Shown in pieces: positions 39,290 to 48,456 of a stretch of DNA of 64,000 nucleotides. This stretch comes from Alistipes sp. Its GTDB lineage: Bacteria > Bacteroidota > Bacteroidia > Bacteroidales > Rikenellaceae. The position numbers were made by a program, and so were the translations under genes. The stretch is from NCBI GenBank assembly GCA_017546725.1, contig JAFYRX010000024.1, positions 1,390 through 65,389 on the forward strand, given 5' to 3'. How positions within the stretch are numbered: the first letter of the stretch is position 1; every line of letters begins with the position of its first letter. The notes under the pieces are model-generated. The model had not been told where the DNA came from. It was given only the letters and a program-made list of their open reading frames with translations, and did not search any database.

Positions 39290-40555
39290 ATGTTCGCCCT
39301 AGCCGACTGCAACAACTTTTTCGTCTCTTGCGAGCGTGTCTTTAGGCCCGATTTACAGGGTAAGCCAGTCATTGTTCTATCGAGCAATGATGGATGCGCT
39401 ATTGCGCGTAGCAACGAGGCCAAAGCATTGGGCATAAAGATGGGCGCACCACTATTCAAGATTCGCGATATTATAGCCAAACATAACGTAGCAGTCTTCT
39501 CGGGCAATATGGCCCTTTATGGAGATATGTCACAACGCGTACGCTGGGTATTGGAAGGATACGCACCATCTGTCGAGGTTTATTCCATTGACGAATGTTT
39601 CCTGGATTTAAGGGGATTGACGGGCACTGATTTCGACGCCTACGCAAAGGATATTTCCGCACAATGCTGGAGACAAACCTCCATCCCCGTTTCCGTCGGC
39701 ATAGCCCCAACTAAAACACTCGCCAAGATTGCATCAAAACTCTGCAAACAGTACCCCAAGTTGCGTGGTGGATGTTATATGCACCGACCTCAAGACATCG
39801 AGAAAGTGTTACGAAAATTCCCCATTGAGGATGTTTGGGGTATTGGGCGTAGGTCTGCTCCAAAACTTAATGCCTTAGGAGTATACACCGCCTACGAGTT
39901 TACCCTACTATCCGAGTCACAGGTTCGCTCTATGCTCGGCATAACGGGACTTAGAACCTGGAAGGAGTTGCAAGGGATTCCCTGCATTGAGTTTGAGGAT
40001 GGCTTTGAAGCCAAGCAATCGATATGCGTATCACGAAGTTTTTCATCAGAGATATACGATGTTAAGGAGTTGCATGAGCAAATAGCCAACTTCGCGGCAT
40101 CGTTGGCCGAAAAGTTACGCCAACAGAGGAGCGTTGCGGCAGAGATGATAGTGTTTGCTTATACCAATCGATTCAAGGAGTCGCTACCCCAGACCTATTC
40201 AAATGCTTTGATATCACTCCACACTCCGACTTCCGACCAAAGAACAATTATTGCACAGGCTGTTAATACCACCAACAAGGTTTTTATGGATGGCTATGGT
40301 TACAAGAAGGCAGGAGTAATAGCCTCGAAGATTATTGCCGAAAGCGATGTGATGCACTCATTGTTTGAAGACACTGAGTCTATCGAGCGGGAGCATAAGA
40401 TAACGACAGCACTGGACTCTATAAATGCCACCTTCGGCAAAGGCACTATCAAGTTGGCTATTCAGGGGAATGGCAGAATCAAAACCGCCAGCGACAACCA
40501 ATCTCCACACTACACAACCAGATGGAGCGACATCCCCAAGGTAACCGTGAAGTGA
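39290..40555 (+). CDS. umuC: Y-family DNA polymerase V subunit UmuC
   Basis: DCNNFFVSCERVFRPDL, SNDGCAIARS, YSIDE, VWGIG, SPHYTTRWSDIP. Confidence 0.95.
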   Translation: MFALADCNNFFVSCERVFRPDLQGKPVIVLSSNDGCAIARSNEAKALGIKMGAPLFKIRDIIAKHNVAVFSGNMALYGDMSQRVRWVLEGYAPSVEVYSIDECFLDLRGLTGTDFDAYAKDISAQCWRQTSIPVSVGIAPTKTLAKIASKLCKQYPKLRGGCYMHRPQDIEKVLRKFPIEDVWGIGRRSAPKLNALGVYTAYEFTLLSESQVRSMLGITGLRTWKELQGIPCIEFEDGFEAKQSICVSRSFSSEIYDVKELHEQIANFAASLAEKLRQQRSVAAEMIVFAYTNRFKESLPQTYSNALISLHTPTSDQRTIIAQAVNTTNKVFMDGYGYKKAGVIASKIIAESDVMHSLFEDTESIEREHKITTALDSINATFGKGTIKLAIQGNGRIKTASDNQSPHYTTRWSDIPKVTVK

Positions 40556-40623
40556 TAATTCGCCCTATTCTCGTCATAATCTGATGCGAATAGCACAAAC
40601 GGAATACCGATAAAAACAAAACT

Positions 40624-40651
40624 CCCCATAATTCTGTATCGAATTACGGGG
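40624..40651. terminator. Hairpin terminator after umuC
   Basis: CCCCATAATTC-TGTATC-GAATTACGGGG. Confidence 0.55.
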
Positions 40652-40889
40652 AATTCTTTATTTCATATATTGGATTAATAGTCAAAACTTAAATCTTATT
40701 TCATTATCCTATAGGCCTTATCCTACAACACCCTCACAAAGGAGAACGACTTCTCAACGGTGTTTACTTGCGGAAACTATACTCATACATTATCGTAATA
40801 GTGAAAAAACTATTTTTAGATTCTATATAAGTTCAAAGAAAAGAAGAACCTACCAAACGAGTTTCGTTGAACCTAGTCTCAACATTTTG

Positions 40890-41966
40890 CTACAACTTAA
40901 GAGAATTTGGCTTAAGTAAATGACTCCAAACCTGAACAAAGAATGTTTTGGCCAGGCTCTCGTTATAGACAATGCGGTGTTTCCAACGATTTGCCCACCA
41001 ACGACGGAACATAAAGTTCCACGATTTGATGTAACCCGCGTTCTTTGGTTGTGGCTGGGCAAATTCGGGATGCAGAATTTCATTCCACACACGCTCTTCG
41101 AGTTGTTTGTCGCGTTCAAATTCAGGCACACAATGATTTGAAAGGCCAAGACGGTCAATACAAATAGCATTAATGCAATCAAGGAATTTATGCATATTTG
41201 TCTGTGTGGCTATCTTGCGTAATGCCGGCCAATCAATATGCGCAGTGTACTTCTCTATAAAATATCGCCAATCCAACAAATGACGCATCACAATGCGTTC
41301 AGCGGCAAAGTGTGATGCAGAATGTCGCAACATAAACAATGTGTGAAAATCAGGGGAAGGGAGATAAATCGCAGTATCGTCAACCAGAATTTGTCCCATT
41401 GGCTGTTGAGTAAGTTGCTGCAATCGTTGCTCAATAATACGGTTAGAGAGATGTGCGTGGATATTCAAAAAATCATAGTGATTCTCTACCATCACACCAT
41501 CGATATAGAATACTGTATGATGGTGTTTACCCTCATCGATAGGGATATTGAAATATTCGCGCAATAGGGCATCAGCCTTCTGTTGCACACCAACCCTACT
41601 TATTTGGCCATCAATAGTTTGCGTCTCTTCGAATAACCAAATATCCACATCGCTACAAGGTCGATGATTCGGCACGGGGTAATTAAGACTCAACCCATAA
41701 CCTTTAAGAATCATCATCTTGATATTATGCTCAGCAAAGAATCTCGCAAGTTTTACAATAACCAGCCTCTGACGTGCATACTTATTCTCAACCTGCTCCA
41801 CAGCCAACGCCCACTGAATCTTCTGCACCTTCGTCGGTTGCTGTTCAGTTGCAACTTTACCCTCCGAAATCGCCCGTTGAATATAATCCCATACAATAGC
41901 CGCAATGTTGTGCTGGATAGAGAGTGAGTATAAATCTGGCCAAAGTATATTGTTTACCTTATTCAT
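40890..41966 (-). CDS. Nucleotidyltransferase family protein (NTP_transf_5-like)
   Basis: MILKGYGLSLNYP..HRPCSDVDIW, VENH, HSASHF, MRHLLDW. Confidence 0.85.
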   Translation of the reverse strand: MNKVNNILWPDLYSLSIQHNIAAIVWDYIQRAISEGKVATEQQPTKVQKIQWALAVEQVENKYARQRLVIVKLARFFAEHNIKMMILKGYGLSLNYPVPNHRPCSDVDIWLFEETQTIDGQISRVGVQQKADALLREYFNIPIDEGKHHHTVFYIDGVMVENHYDFLNIHAHLSNRIIEQRLQQLTQQPMGQILVDDTAIYLPSPDFHTLFMLRHSASHFAAERIVMRHLLDWRYFIEKYTAHIDWPALRKIATQTNMHKFLDCINAICIDRLGLSNHCVPEFERDKQLEERVWNEILHPEFAQPQPKNAGYIKSWNFMFRRWWANRWKHRIVYNESLAKTFFVQVWSHLLKPNSLKL

Positions 41967-41974
41967 TTTTTCAT

Positions 41975-42007
41975 AAAAACTGCCGAAACAACACGTTGTC
42001 CGGCAGT
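41975..42007 (-). terminator. Terminator-like hairpin ending the polysaccharide operon
   Basis: ACTGCCG..ACAAC-AC-GTTGT..CGGCAGT followed by a U-tract on the minus strand. Confidence 0.6.
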
Positions 42008-42046
42008 AGTGATAATAAATTTCTTATAGTGACTTTTATCCACGCT

Positions 42047-42457
42047 CTACTTTGAGGGAATATATGCACCGTCTTTTGCTTCAAAAATTACCGATGGTTC
42101 AATCACATTTATAGTATGCCACACACCTTTGGGTATTTGCATACCGTATGTACCCAATTTTGGACATAATAAATGGCGCGATTTCTCTTTATATTGAATA
42201 TTTTCTGCGCAATTATCTCCAACCACAGTTTCAGCATCATAGATAATCTCTTCGATTTTTCCACAAAGGCACACAACCGTTTCTGCTGTAGATATATGCT
42301 GATGAATTGGGACCTCAGTACCTGGCATCAACGCATTAAGCATTCGTTGAGACGTGTCATCTGCCGAATTCCTCAAATCATAATTATGTCGTAATCGAGG
42401 AGATTCTACAGCATCAGCAAACAATTTATCAATAAATTCTTTATCAAATAAATTCAT
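42047..42457 (-). CDS. wbuC: WbuC family cupin-fold metalloprotein
   Basis: SPRLRHNYDL, QRMLNALMPGT.VPIH.H, IPKGVWHT, EAKDG.Y. Confidence 0.9.
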   Translation of the reverse strand: MNLFDKEFIDKLFADAVESPRLRHNYDLRNSADDTSQRMLNALMPGTEVPIHQHISTAETVVCLCGKIEEIIYDAETVVGDNCAENIQYKEKSRHLLCPKLGTYGMQIPKGVWHTINVIEPSVIFEAKDGAYIPSK

Positions 42458-42467
42458 AATAATGACG

Positions 42468-43478
42468 TTAACTATTAAGAGATGCTAAATACTCTTCGTG
42501 AAGGTGGTAATATTTCTTTTTGAATAAAACATATATGAGCGACAACGCTAATATTGCACATATCAAATAAATCCAATGAGCAATCACTGAATTGGGACAT
42601 AAATATATAAAGCCAACAGAAATGACAAATTGAATGACCATATAAAGCGAAGATACAGTTACGTGACCAATCTTTAGTTCATTAGCCATCAACTGATAAG
42701 CGTGTTTACGATGAGCCTCACCTAGATTTTCGTGTAATAAAATACGATGAACAATAGTTAGACAGCCATCAATGCCATAAACCGACAAGAAAATTAGATA
42801 GGTAACATCTTGTGTTAATACTATCAATTTCCCGATAGCAAATAGCATAATGAACGCAATACTAATACTACCAACATCTCCAGCAAAACACTTAGCCTTA
42901 CCCTTTGGACGGAAGTTGAATATGCAAAAGACTAGTACTCCTAAACACGCTATAATTAGATAAGATTCTTCAATAAAATAAAGTCCTTTGTTCAATAATA
43001 CTAATGGCAACAGAACCGCCAAAGCATATCCCGCAGTTATTCCGTTAATACCATCCATAAAATTAATTACATTGGTTGCTCCAACACATACGATTAGTGC
43101 AAGGATAACTATCCACCACATATTCCAATGCATAATTCCCATACTCCAAAACATCAGCGCCATAGCAGTGAATTGAACAATTAGGCGGACTGAATCGGGC
43201 AACGACTTTACATCATCCCAAAAACTCACCCCTACGACCATCAACAACCCGCACAAAAAAGGAATATAGCCTATTATAGCAGAACTATCTCCTGTTAATG
43301 CCATCATTACAGTCCAGGCAACCATCGACAAACTGAAAATTATTCCGCCACCTCTCAATACAATAGTAGAATGAGAAGAACGTTCATTCGGCTTATCAAT
43401 AATGTTGAATTTATCTGCAACCTTGAAATATATAAGTTCTGCTAAAAGTAGAAGAGCGAATATAATTATATATATCAT
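42468..43478 (-). CDS. MraY/WecA-family undecaprenyl-phosphate sugar-1-P transferase (initiating transferase)
   Basis: IDKPNERSSH, RGGG, DD, NFMDGINGI, FAGDVGS, HRKHAYQ. Confidence 0.92.
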   Translation of the reverse strand: MIYIIIFALLLLAELIYFKVADKFNIIDKPNERSSHSTIVLRGGGIIFSLSMVAWTVMMALTGDSSAIIGYIPFLCGLLMVVGVSFWDDVKSLPDSVRLIVQFTAMALMFWSMGIMHWNMWWIVILALIVCVGATNVINFMDGINGITAGYALAVLLPLVLLNKGLYFIEESYLIIACLGVLVFCIFNFRPKGKAKCFAGDVGSISIAFIMLFAIGKLIVLTQDVTYLIFLSVYGIDGCLTIVHRILLHENLGEAHRKHAYQLMANELKIGHVTVSSLYMVIQFVISVGFIYLCPNSVIAHWIYLICAILALSLIYVLFKKKYYHLHEEYLASLNS

Positions 43479-43488
43479 AATGTAGAAT

Positions 43489-44367
43489 TTATTTTAACGA
43501 ATCGGCTATACGATGTAGAGACTCCTCAAAACTTACTAGTTGATAATCAAACTCCATTTTTGACATCTGTTGGTCATAATAGTAAGTAGCAAACATTTTG
43601 TTAATAGGTTGCAACACAAAACTACCTAGCCACACAATTGGATTCAACAACTTAGTGATCCACACCCTATTACCTGCATCCTTCGCAAAGAAACGAATAA
43701 TCTCAACCGTATCCGCCAACTCACGATTTTGAGGATAGAAAGTACCCTCTAGTTCACACTCCATTGCCTGCAACACAAATTCGGCCAAATTATCAATGTA
43801 TAGCATCGAACGCTTGTTATGCCATTCAGGAAACACTGGAGTCTTGCACGCCAACTTAGCCAAACGAGGGAAGTTGCCTTTTGCATTTGGTCCATATATC
43901 ATACACGGACGAAGAATACAAATCTTCATATTTCCTCCTTCGTTACTCAATGCCTTTAACCCTTCTTCCGCCTGTAACTTGCTGCTGCCATAGAATCCAT
44001 TAGGGTTAGGTTTCGTCTCTGCAGTCAGCACCTCTGTTTTCAGTGATTGGCTCTCGTGAAACACAATCTGGCTAGACATAAATATAAACTGCTTAACCCC
44101 TGCCTCTTGAGCATAGCGGGCCACTTCCAGCGTCAAGTCACGATTCACCCTATAATAAAGAGACTCCAACTTAGGATCTGCATTCACATGCGCTATACCA
44201 GCCACATGAAACACAACATCATACTGGCTATAGTTCGCCGTCTTCCAGTTATCCCCCATTGTATCCACGGCATCAATCTCGTACTCACTCGGCACCTTGG
44301 CCAAAATATATCTTCTGACGCTCTCGCCAACATAGCTACCTGCGCCAGTGATTAGAACTTTCTTCAT
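43489..44367 (-). CDS. NAD-dependent epimerase/reductase (CapN/WbpK-like)
   Basis: ITGAGSYVG, HVAGIAH, YGSSK, RPCMIYG, RSMLYIDNL. Confidence 0.88.
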   Translation of the reverse strand: MKKVLITGAGSYVGESVRRYILAKVPSEYEIDAVDTMGDNWKTANYSQYDVVFHVAGIAHVNADPKLESLYYRVNRDLTLEVARYAQEAGVKQFIFMSSQIVFHESQSLKTEVLTAETKPNPNGFYGSSKLQAEEGLKALSNEGGNMKICILRPCMIYGPNAKGNFPRLAKLACKTPVFPEWHNKRSMLYIDNLAEFVLQAMECELEGTFYPQNRELADTVEIIRFFAKDAGNRVWITKLLNPIVWLGSFVLQPINKMFATYYYDQQMSKMEFDYQLVSFEESLHRIADSLK

Positions 44368-44378
44368 TGTGTTAATTG

Positions 44379-45371
44379 TTAAATGTTATCAAACAAATCA
44401 TCTACAAGGCCTCTTACTGAATACTTATGCATAATCTGCTCTGAAACGGGTTCGAATGGTGTTTCAAGGAACTCTTTTGGAATTATAGGATTATTTATAT
44501 CTACAACTAAGACATTGTTAGGATTATAGTATTCATAATCCATAATATGATTATTGGTAGTAATGTACTTTCTGCGTGCAGCCATTGCTTCATGAGCACG
44601 TGTAGAAAGACTTGTCTGGTATGGAGGATTAATATCCAAGATACACTTGGTCTTATTTAGAATATCAATCGTACCAGGTACGGATATAGGCGTAAGCGAA
44701 ATTTCCTTAAAAGGATAAAATGGGAAATGGAACAAAAACTCCTGAATATAGCGTATTAAGCCTGGTACATACAGATATGTAAAGAAGCGGATACCTTGTA
44801 ATTCAAATAGCCTTCTAAGTTCCTTAATCATCTTTTGACGGGGATGATATAGTGTACATATAAACTCCATATCATACATCAAATCATTTGTTTCCTTTAC
44901 AAACAGATAATCATCCACAAAGAAAGTAGGTCTGAAACCAATGTTATTCTCGTTTGCATCAACAGGATCAAAAGACATACACTTGTCGCAAGAATCCAGC
45001 ACATCCTTCATCTTGCAATTGTGCATTACATCCCACAGATACAAAATCACCTTGGCCTTTGGGTATGCAGTTCTAAGAGTTGCAATAGAATAAGGAGTAA
45101 AAGCCTCTCCCCTACAAATCAAGATATAATCATAGTCCTTATCTAAATTCTTCTTAATGACATTCTTGATATAGTTGTTAAATATCTGAGGAACCTTTTT
45201 CTTAAATAAACGAATCACAATTTTCATAAGAGCATTCTGCGAAGGACGCTCATCATACTCATCTACATATGCTCCTCTCTTCTGCAACTCGGCCATAATG
45301 GCCTGTCCGTAGTGTTTGGTGCAGCCATAAGGAGAGAACAAAAGTACTTTCTTCTCAGCTAAATCAGTCAT
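44379..45371 (-). CDS. Putative glycosyltransferase (polysaccharide biosynthesis protein)
   Basis: LYLWD, SFD..D, ILDIN...Q..LS.R..EA, YITTN; position in the operon. Confidence 0.65.
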   Translation of the reverse strand: MTDLAEKKVLLFSPYGCTKHYGQAIMAELQKRGAYVDEYDERPSQNALMKIVIRLFKKKVPQIFNNYIKNVIKKNLDKDYDYILICRGEAFTPYSIATLRTAYPKAKVILYLWDVMHNCKMKDVLDSCDKCMSFDPVDANENNIGFRPTFFVDDYLFVKETNDLMYDMEFICTLYHPRQKMIKELRRLFELQGIRFFTYLYVPGLIRYIQEFLFHFPFYPFKEISLTPISVPGTIDILNKTKCILDINPPYQTSLSTRAHEAMAARRKYITTNNHIMDYEYYNPNNVLVVDINNPIIPKEFLETPFEPVSEQIMHKYSVRGLVDDLFDNI

Positions 45372-45376
45372 TTTTC

Positions 45377-46237
45377 TTACTTTACATTATAATGTGGATA
45401 AAGTGAAGGATGTGCATCCACCCACTCACGCATCTCTTTTACTTGCTGCTCATACGAAGGGACAACAAAACTAAAGTCCTCACGCTTGTGCCTGAGACTC
45501 TTATCAAGTTGGAGTTTATCATTTGGATTAATCTTCACCTCACCTGCACGGAAATACTTGTTGAAAAGACCCAGAAGATCATACTTATTGATGCTCTCGT
45601 TGTTGACCAAGTTGTACAAGCCAGTAAGGTTCTCCTTCAGAGCCTGCTCCATCGCCTTGGCGAGGGTATAGGTAGTGACACCTGTCCAAATAGCCCCTGT
45701 GTAACCTCCAACCTCTCCTTCTTGCTTCATAAACCAGTTGAAGAGACCTATACCCGAAGCTTTGATGTCTGGTCCCACAATGGAGTTACGAAAGGTAAGG
45801 TCCTTCTCTGTATTGATTTCGCCCATTGCCTTGGAACGATCATAGAAGGTCGCTCCATTAGGGAGCGTATCTTCATAATAAGGCCCATCATTACCGGCAA
45901 ACACACAATCTGTGGACATATGTATTACCTTGGTCCTGGCATACTTGGTAATCTCGGTCAAATAGTGAGGTAGGTAACCGTTCAACAGAACTGCCATAGC
46001 CTTGTTCTGCTCTGCAAACTGGTTAAGCAAGCCGATGCTGTTGATGACTGCATCAAAATTTCCCTCATCTATAGTCTTCTTGATGAGAGGTATATCAGAA
46101 GCATCACCAATGATGGTGCTATCCAACAATTCTGATTGCTGACGGGCAAAACCTACCACCTCATATCCCTGCTCCTTGAAGTAGAGGGAGATGAGGTGAC
46201 CGGCCATACCGTTACAGCCTAAAACTAATATTTTCAT
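45377..46237 (-). CDS. RmlD-like NDP-4-keto-6-deoxysugar reductase (WbvR/QnlA-like)
   Basis: VLGCNGMAGH, HMSTDCVF.G, YDRSKAMGE; directly downstream of the FnlA-like gene. Confidence 0.8.
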   Translation of the reverse strand: MKILVLGCNGMAGHLISLYFKEQGYEVVGFARQQSELLDSTIIGDASDIPLIKKTIDEGNFDAVINSIGLLNQFAEQNKAMAVLLNGYLPHYLTEITKYARTKVIHMSTDCVFAGNDGPYYEDTLPNGATFYDRSKAMGEINTEKDLTFRNSIVGPDIKASGIGLFNWFMKQEGEVGGYTGAIWTGVTTYTLAKAMEQALKENLTGLYNLVNNESINKYDLLGLFNKYFRAGEVKINPNDKLQLDKSLRHKREDFSFVVPSYEQQVKEMREWVDAHPSLYPHYNVK

Positions 46238-46238
46238 C

Positions 46239-47333
46239 TTACTCTGAACGAATCTCTTTTGCCTTAGATCTTGGTTGGAGGCCAAGGTCTTCACGGATAA
46301 ATGTCAACTTGTGGAGAAGAGCCTTCATACCCTCTACATCTAAACGATGGGTGTTGTGAGAGTGATACTCTTCCATCTTGTCAATCTCAGGGTTACCGCC
46401 CTCAATCTTATCGTAATTCAAGTCACGTGCATCACAAGGGATACGGTAGTAGTCTCCCATATCAATAGCACGAGCCATCTCCTCACGAGTTACGAGTGTC
46501 TCATATAATTTCTCACCATGACGGGTACCAATAACCTTCACCTCTGTATCTAGATACTTCGGATCAATCTCTGCATAAGTTTCCTTCAAAGCCTGTGCAA
46601 GCACATCAAGAGTTGCTGCCGGAGCCTTCTGAACGAAGAGGTCACCATTCTTACCATGCTCAAACGCATAGATAACGAGGTCGACCGCATCGTTAAGGGT
46701 CATCATGAAACGAGTCATGTTAGGGTCTGTGATAGTGATAGGCTTGCCATCCATCATCTGCTCTACCCACAAAGGAATCACAGAACCACGAGAAGCCATC
46801 ACATTTCCGTAACGGGTGCAGCAGATTGTAGTCTGAGCATTCTCGCCTAACTGACGACCTTTAGCGGTAGCTACCTTCTCCATCATAGCCTTTGAGATAC
46901 CCATCGCATTGATAGGATATGCAGCCTTATCAGTAGAAAGCACCACAATATTCTTCACACTATGACGAATAGCCGACTCAAGCACGTTGTTAGTACCATA
47001 CACGTTAGTCTCTACCGCCTGCATTGGGAAGAACTCACAAGAAGGAACCTGCTTGAGGGCAGCTGCTGCAAAAATGTAGTCCACACCACCTCTCATCGCT
47101 ATATCAATAGACTGAGGGTCGCGCACATCACCGATATAGAATTTCACCTTATTAGCAATCTCCGGTGCATACTGAGCTTGAAGATGATGACGCATATCAT
47201 CCTGCTTCTTCTCATCACGACTAAAAATACAAATCTCCTTGATATCAGACTCAAGAAAACGCTTCAACACCATGTTACCGAACGATCCGGTACCCCCTGT
47301 AATGAGGAGGATTTTGTCTTTGAAAATTGACAT
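46239..47333 (-). CDS. fnlA: UDP-GlcNAc 4,6-dehydratase/5-epimerase (FnlA/WbjB/CapE family)
   Basis: ITGGTGSFG, FSRDEKKQDDMR, AALKQVPSCEFFP, STDKAAYPINAMGISKA, RYGNVMASRGSVIP, RHGEKLYE. Confidence 0.9.
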   Translation of the reverse strand: MSIFKDKILLITGGTGSFGNMVLKRFLESDIKEICIFSRDEKKQDDMRHHLQAQYAPEIANKVKFYIGDVRDPQSIDIAMRGGVDYIFAAAALKQVPSCEFFPMQAVETNVYGTNNVLESAIRHSVKNIVVLSTDKAAYPINAMGISKAMMEKVATAKGRQLGENAQTTICCTRYGNVMASRGSVIPLWVEQMMDGKPITITDPNMTRFMMTLNDAVDLVIYAFEHGKNGDLFVQKAPAATLDVLAQALKETYAEIDPKYLDTEVKVIGTRHGEKLYETLVTREEMARAIDMGDYYRIPCDARDLNYDKIEGGNPEIDKMEEYHSHNTHRLDVEGMKALLHKLTFIREDLGLQPRSKAKEIRSE

Positions 47334-47337
47334 ATTG

Positions 47338-48444
47338 TTAAAATTTTAAATATTCATTATTTAGATAATCATTTGTATAATTCTTATAAGATATGACCCA
47401 ACATTCTCTCGCACATAGCCCTTTCTTTGTCATATCTTCTAGTTCAATCGATTTGATAGTAGAAGCTATTTCTTCTTCTGATTCTCCAGAAACATACCCC
47501 ATATTTCTATCAAGAACCTTTTTCTCTACTATTGTACCCTTAGTTGTAAATAAAGGTTTACCGAGAAACATTGCCTCATAATATTTATTAGGCGCCGCAT
47601 ATATATTATTAGGATTTACTGTTTGATACATCGCATACATCACATCAGAATTATATGAAATATTTAAACCATCCTCATACTTTACTTTACCATAATAGCG
47701 TATGTTCGGTAAGATTTCATTATCTTTCTTTAACCGTTCCTCAAGCTCAAGTAATCCAAAACCAGCTATAGAAAGATTTATAAGTCCTTTTTCGGCCAAA
47801 CTCACGATTTCAAACAAACATCTATCCGTAGAAAAGCCTCCCACATAAGAGAATGTGATTAAGTCATTATCAAAACGCTTTGTGGAATCCACCTTAAGAA
47901 ACATATCATTTTCAAAATAAGGGATATTGGGAAGTATGCTTAATTTAGATCGCGATACCTTAAAAGGTATCTGCACAATTCGTTCCTGCTCACATAGTAT
48001 TACACGATCAGAATGTTTGACCGTAAATTTCTCCATGAACTTAAAAGCTGCGAGGATATATGTTTTTTGATTGTACAAGGTTGCTGAGAACCAATCAAAA
48101 ACATCAAAAATCAGTTTATTCTTCGAATGAAAAAGCTTGTAACAGGCTGCAGGAAAGGCTGAATCTACATCACATCCGTGGATAATGGCATCCTTTGGTT
48201 TCATTTTACAAAGTTGTCTATAGACAAACCACATCCATCCAATTCTATTCTTAACGGCCTTGAAACCACCCACATTATAACCTGCTTGCTCCTTCCACAT
48301 AACGGAATTAGCTAATTCTAGATTCTTTCCATCTCTATCCCATCCAATGAGTTTATGCTCAATACTATTATCCTGAAGGTAACGCACATACTTCATTGCA
48401 CGAGGATCAGACAAGATGTCATTACATCTAATTATAATTACCAT
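47338..48444 (-). CDS. GT4-like glycosyltransferase
   Basis: DPRAMK, YVGG, APNKYYEAMFLGKP. Confidence 0.82.
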   Translation of the reverse strand: MVIIIRCNDILSDPRAMKYVRYLQDNSIEHKLIGWDRDGKNLELANSVMWKEQAGYNVGGFKAVKNRIGWMWFVYRQLCKMKPKDAIIHGCDVDSAFPAACYKLFHSKNKLIFDVFDWFSATLYNQKTYILAAFKFMEKFTVKHSDRVILCEQERIVQIPFKVSRSKLSILPNIPYFENDMFLKVDSTKRFDNDLITFSYVGGFSTDRCLFEIVSLAEKGLINLSIAGFGLLELEERLKKDNEILPNIRYYGKVKYEDGLNISYNSDVMYAMYQTVNPNNIYAAPNKYYEAMFLGKPLFTTKGTIVEKKVLDRNMGYVSGESEEEIASTIKSIELEDMTKKGLCARECWVISYKNYTNDYLNNEYLKF

Positions 48445-48456
48445 TTAATAGTGTAT

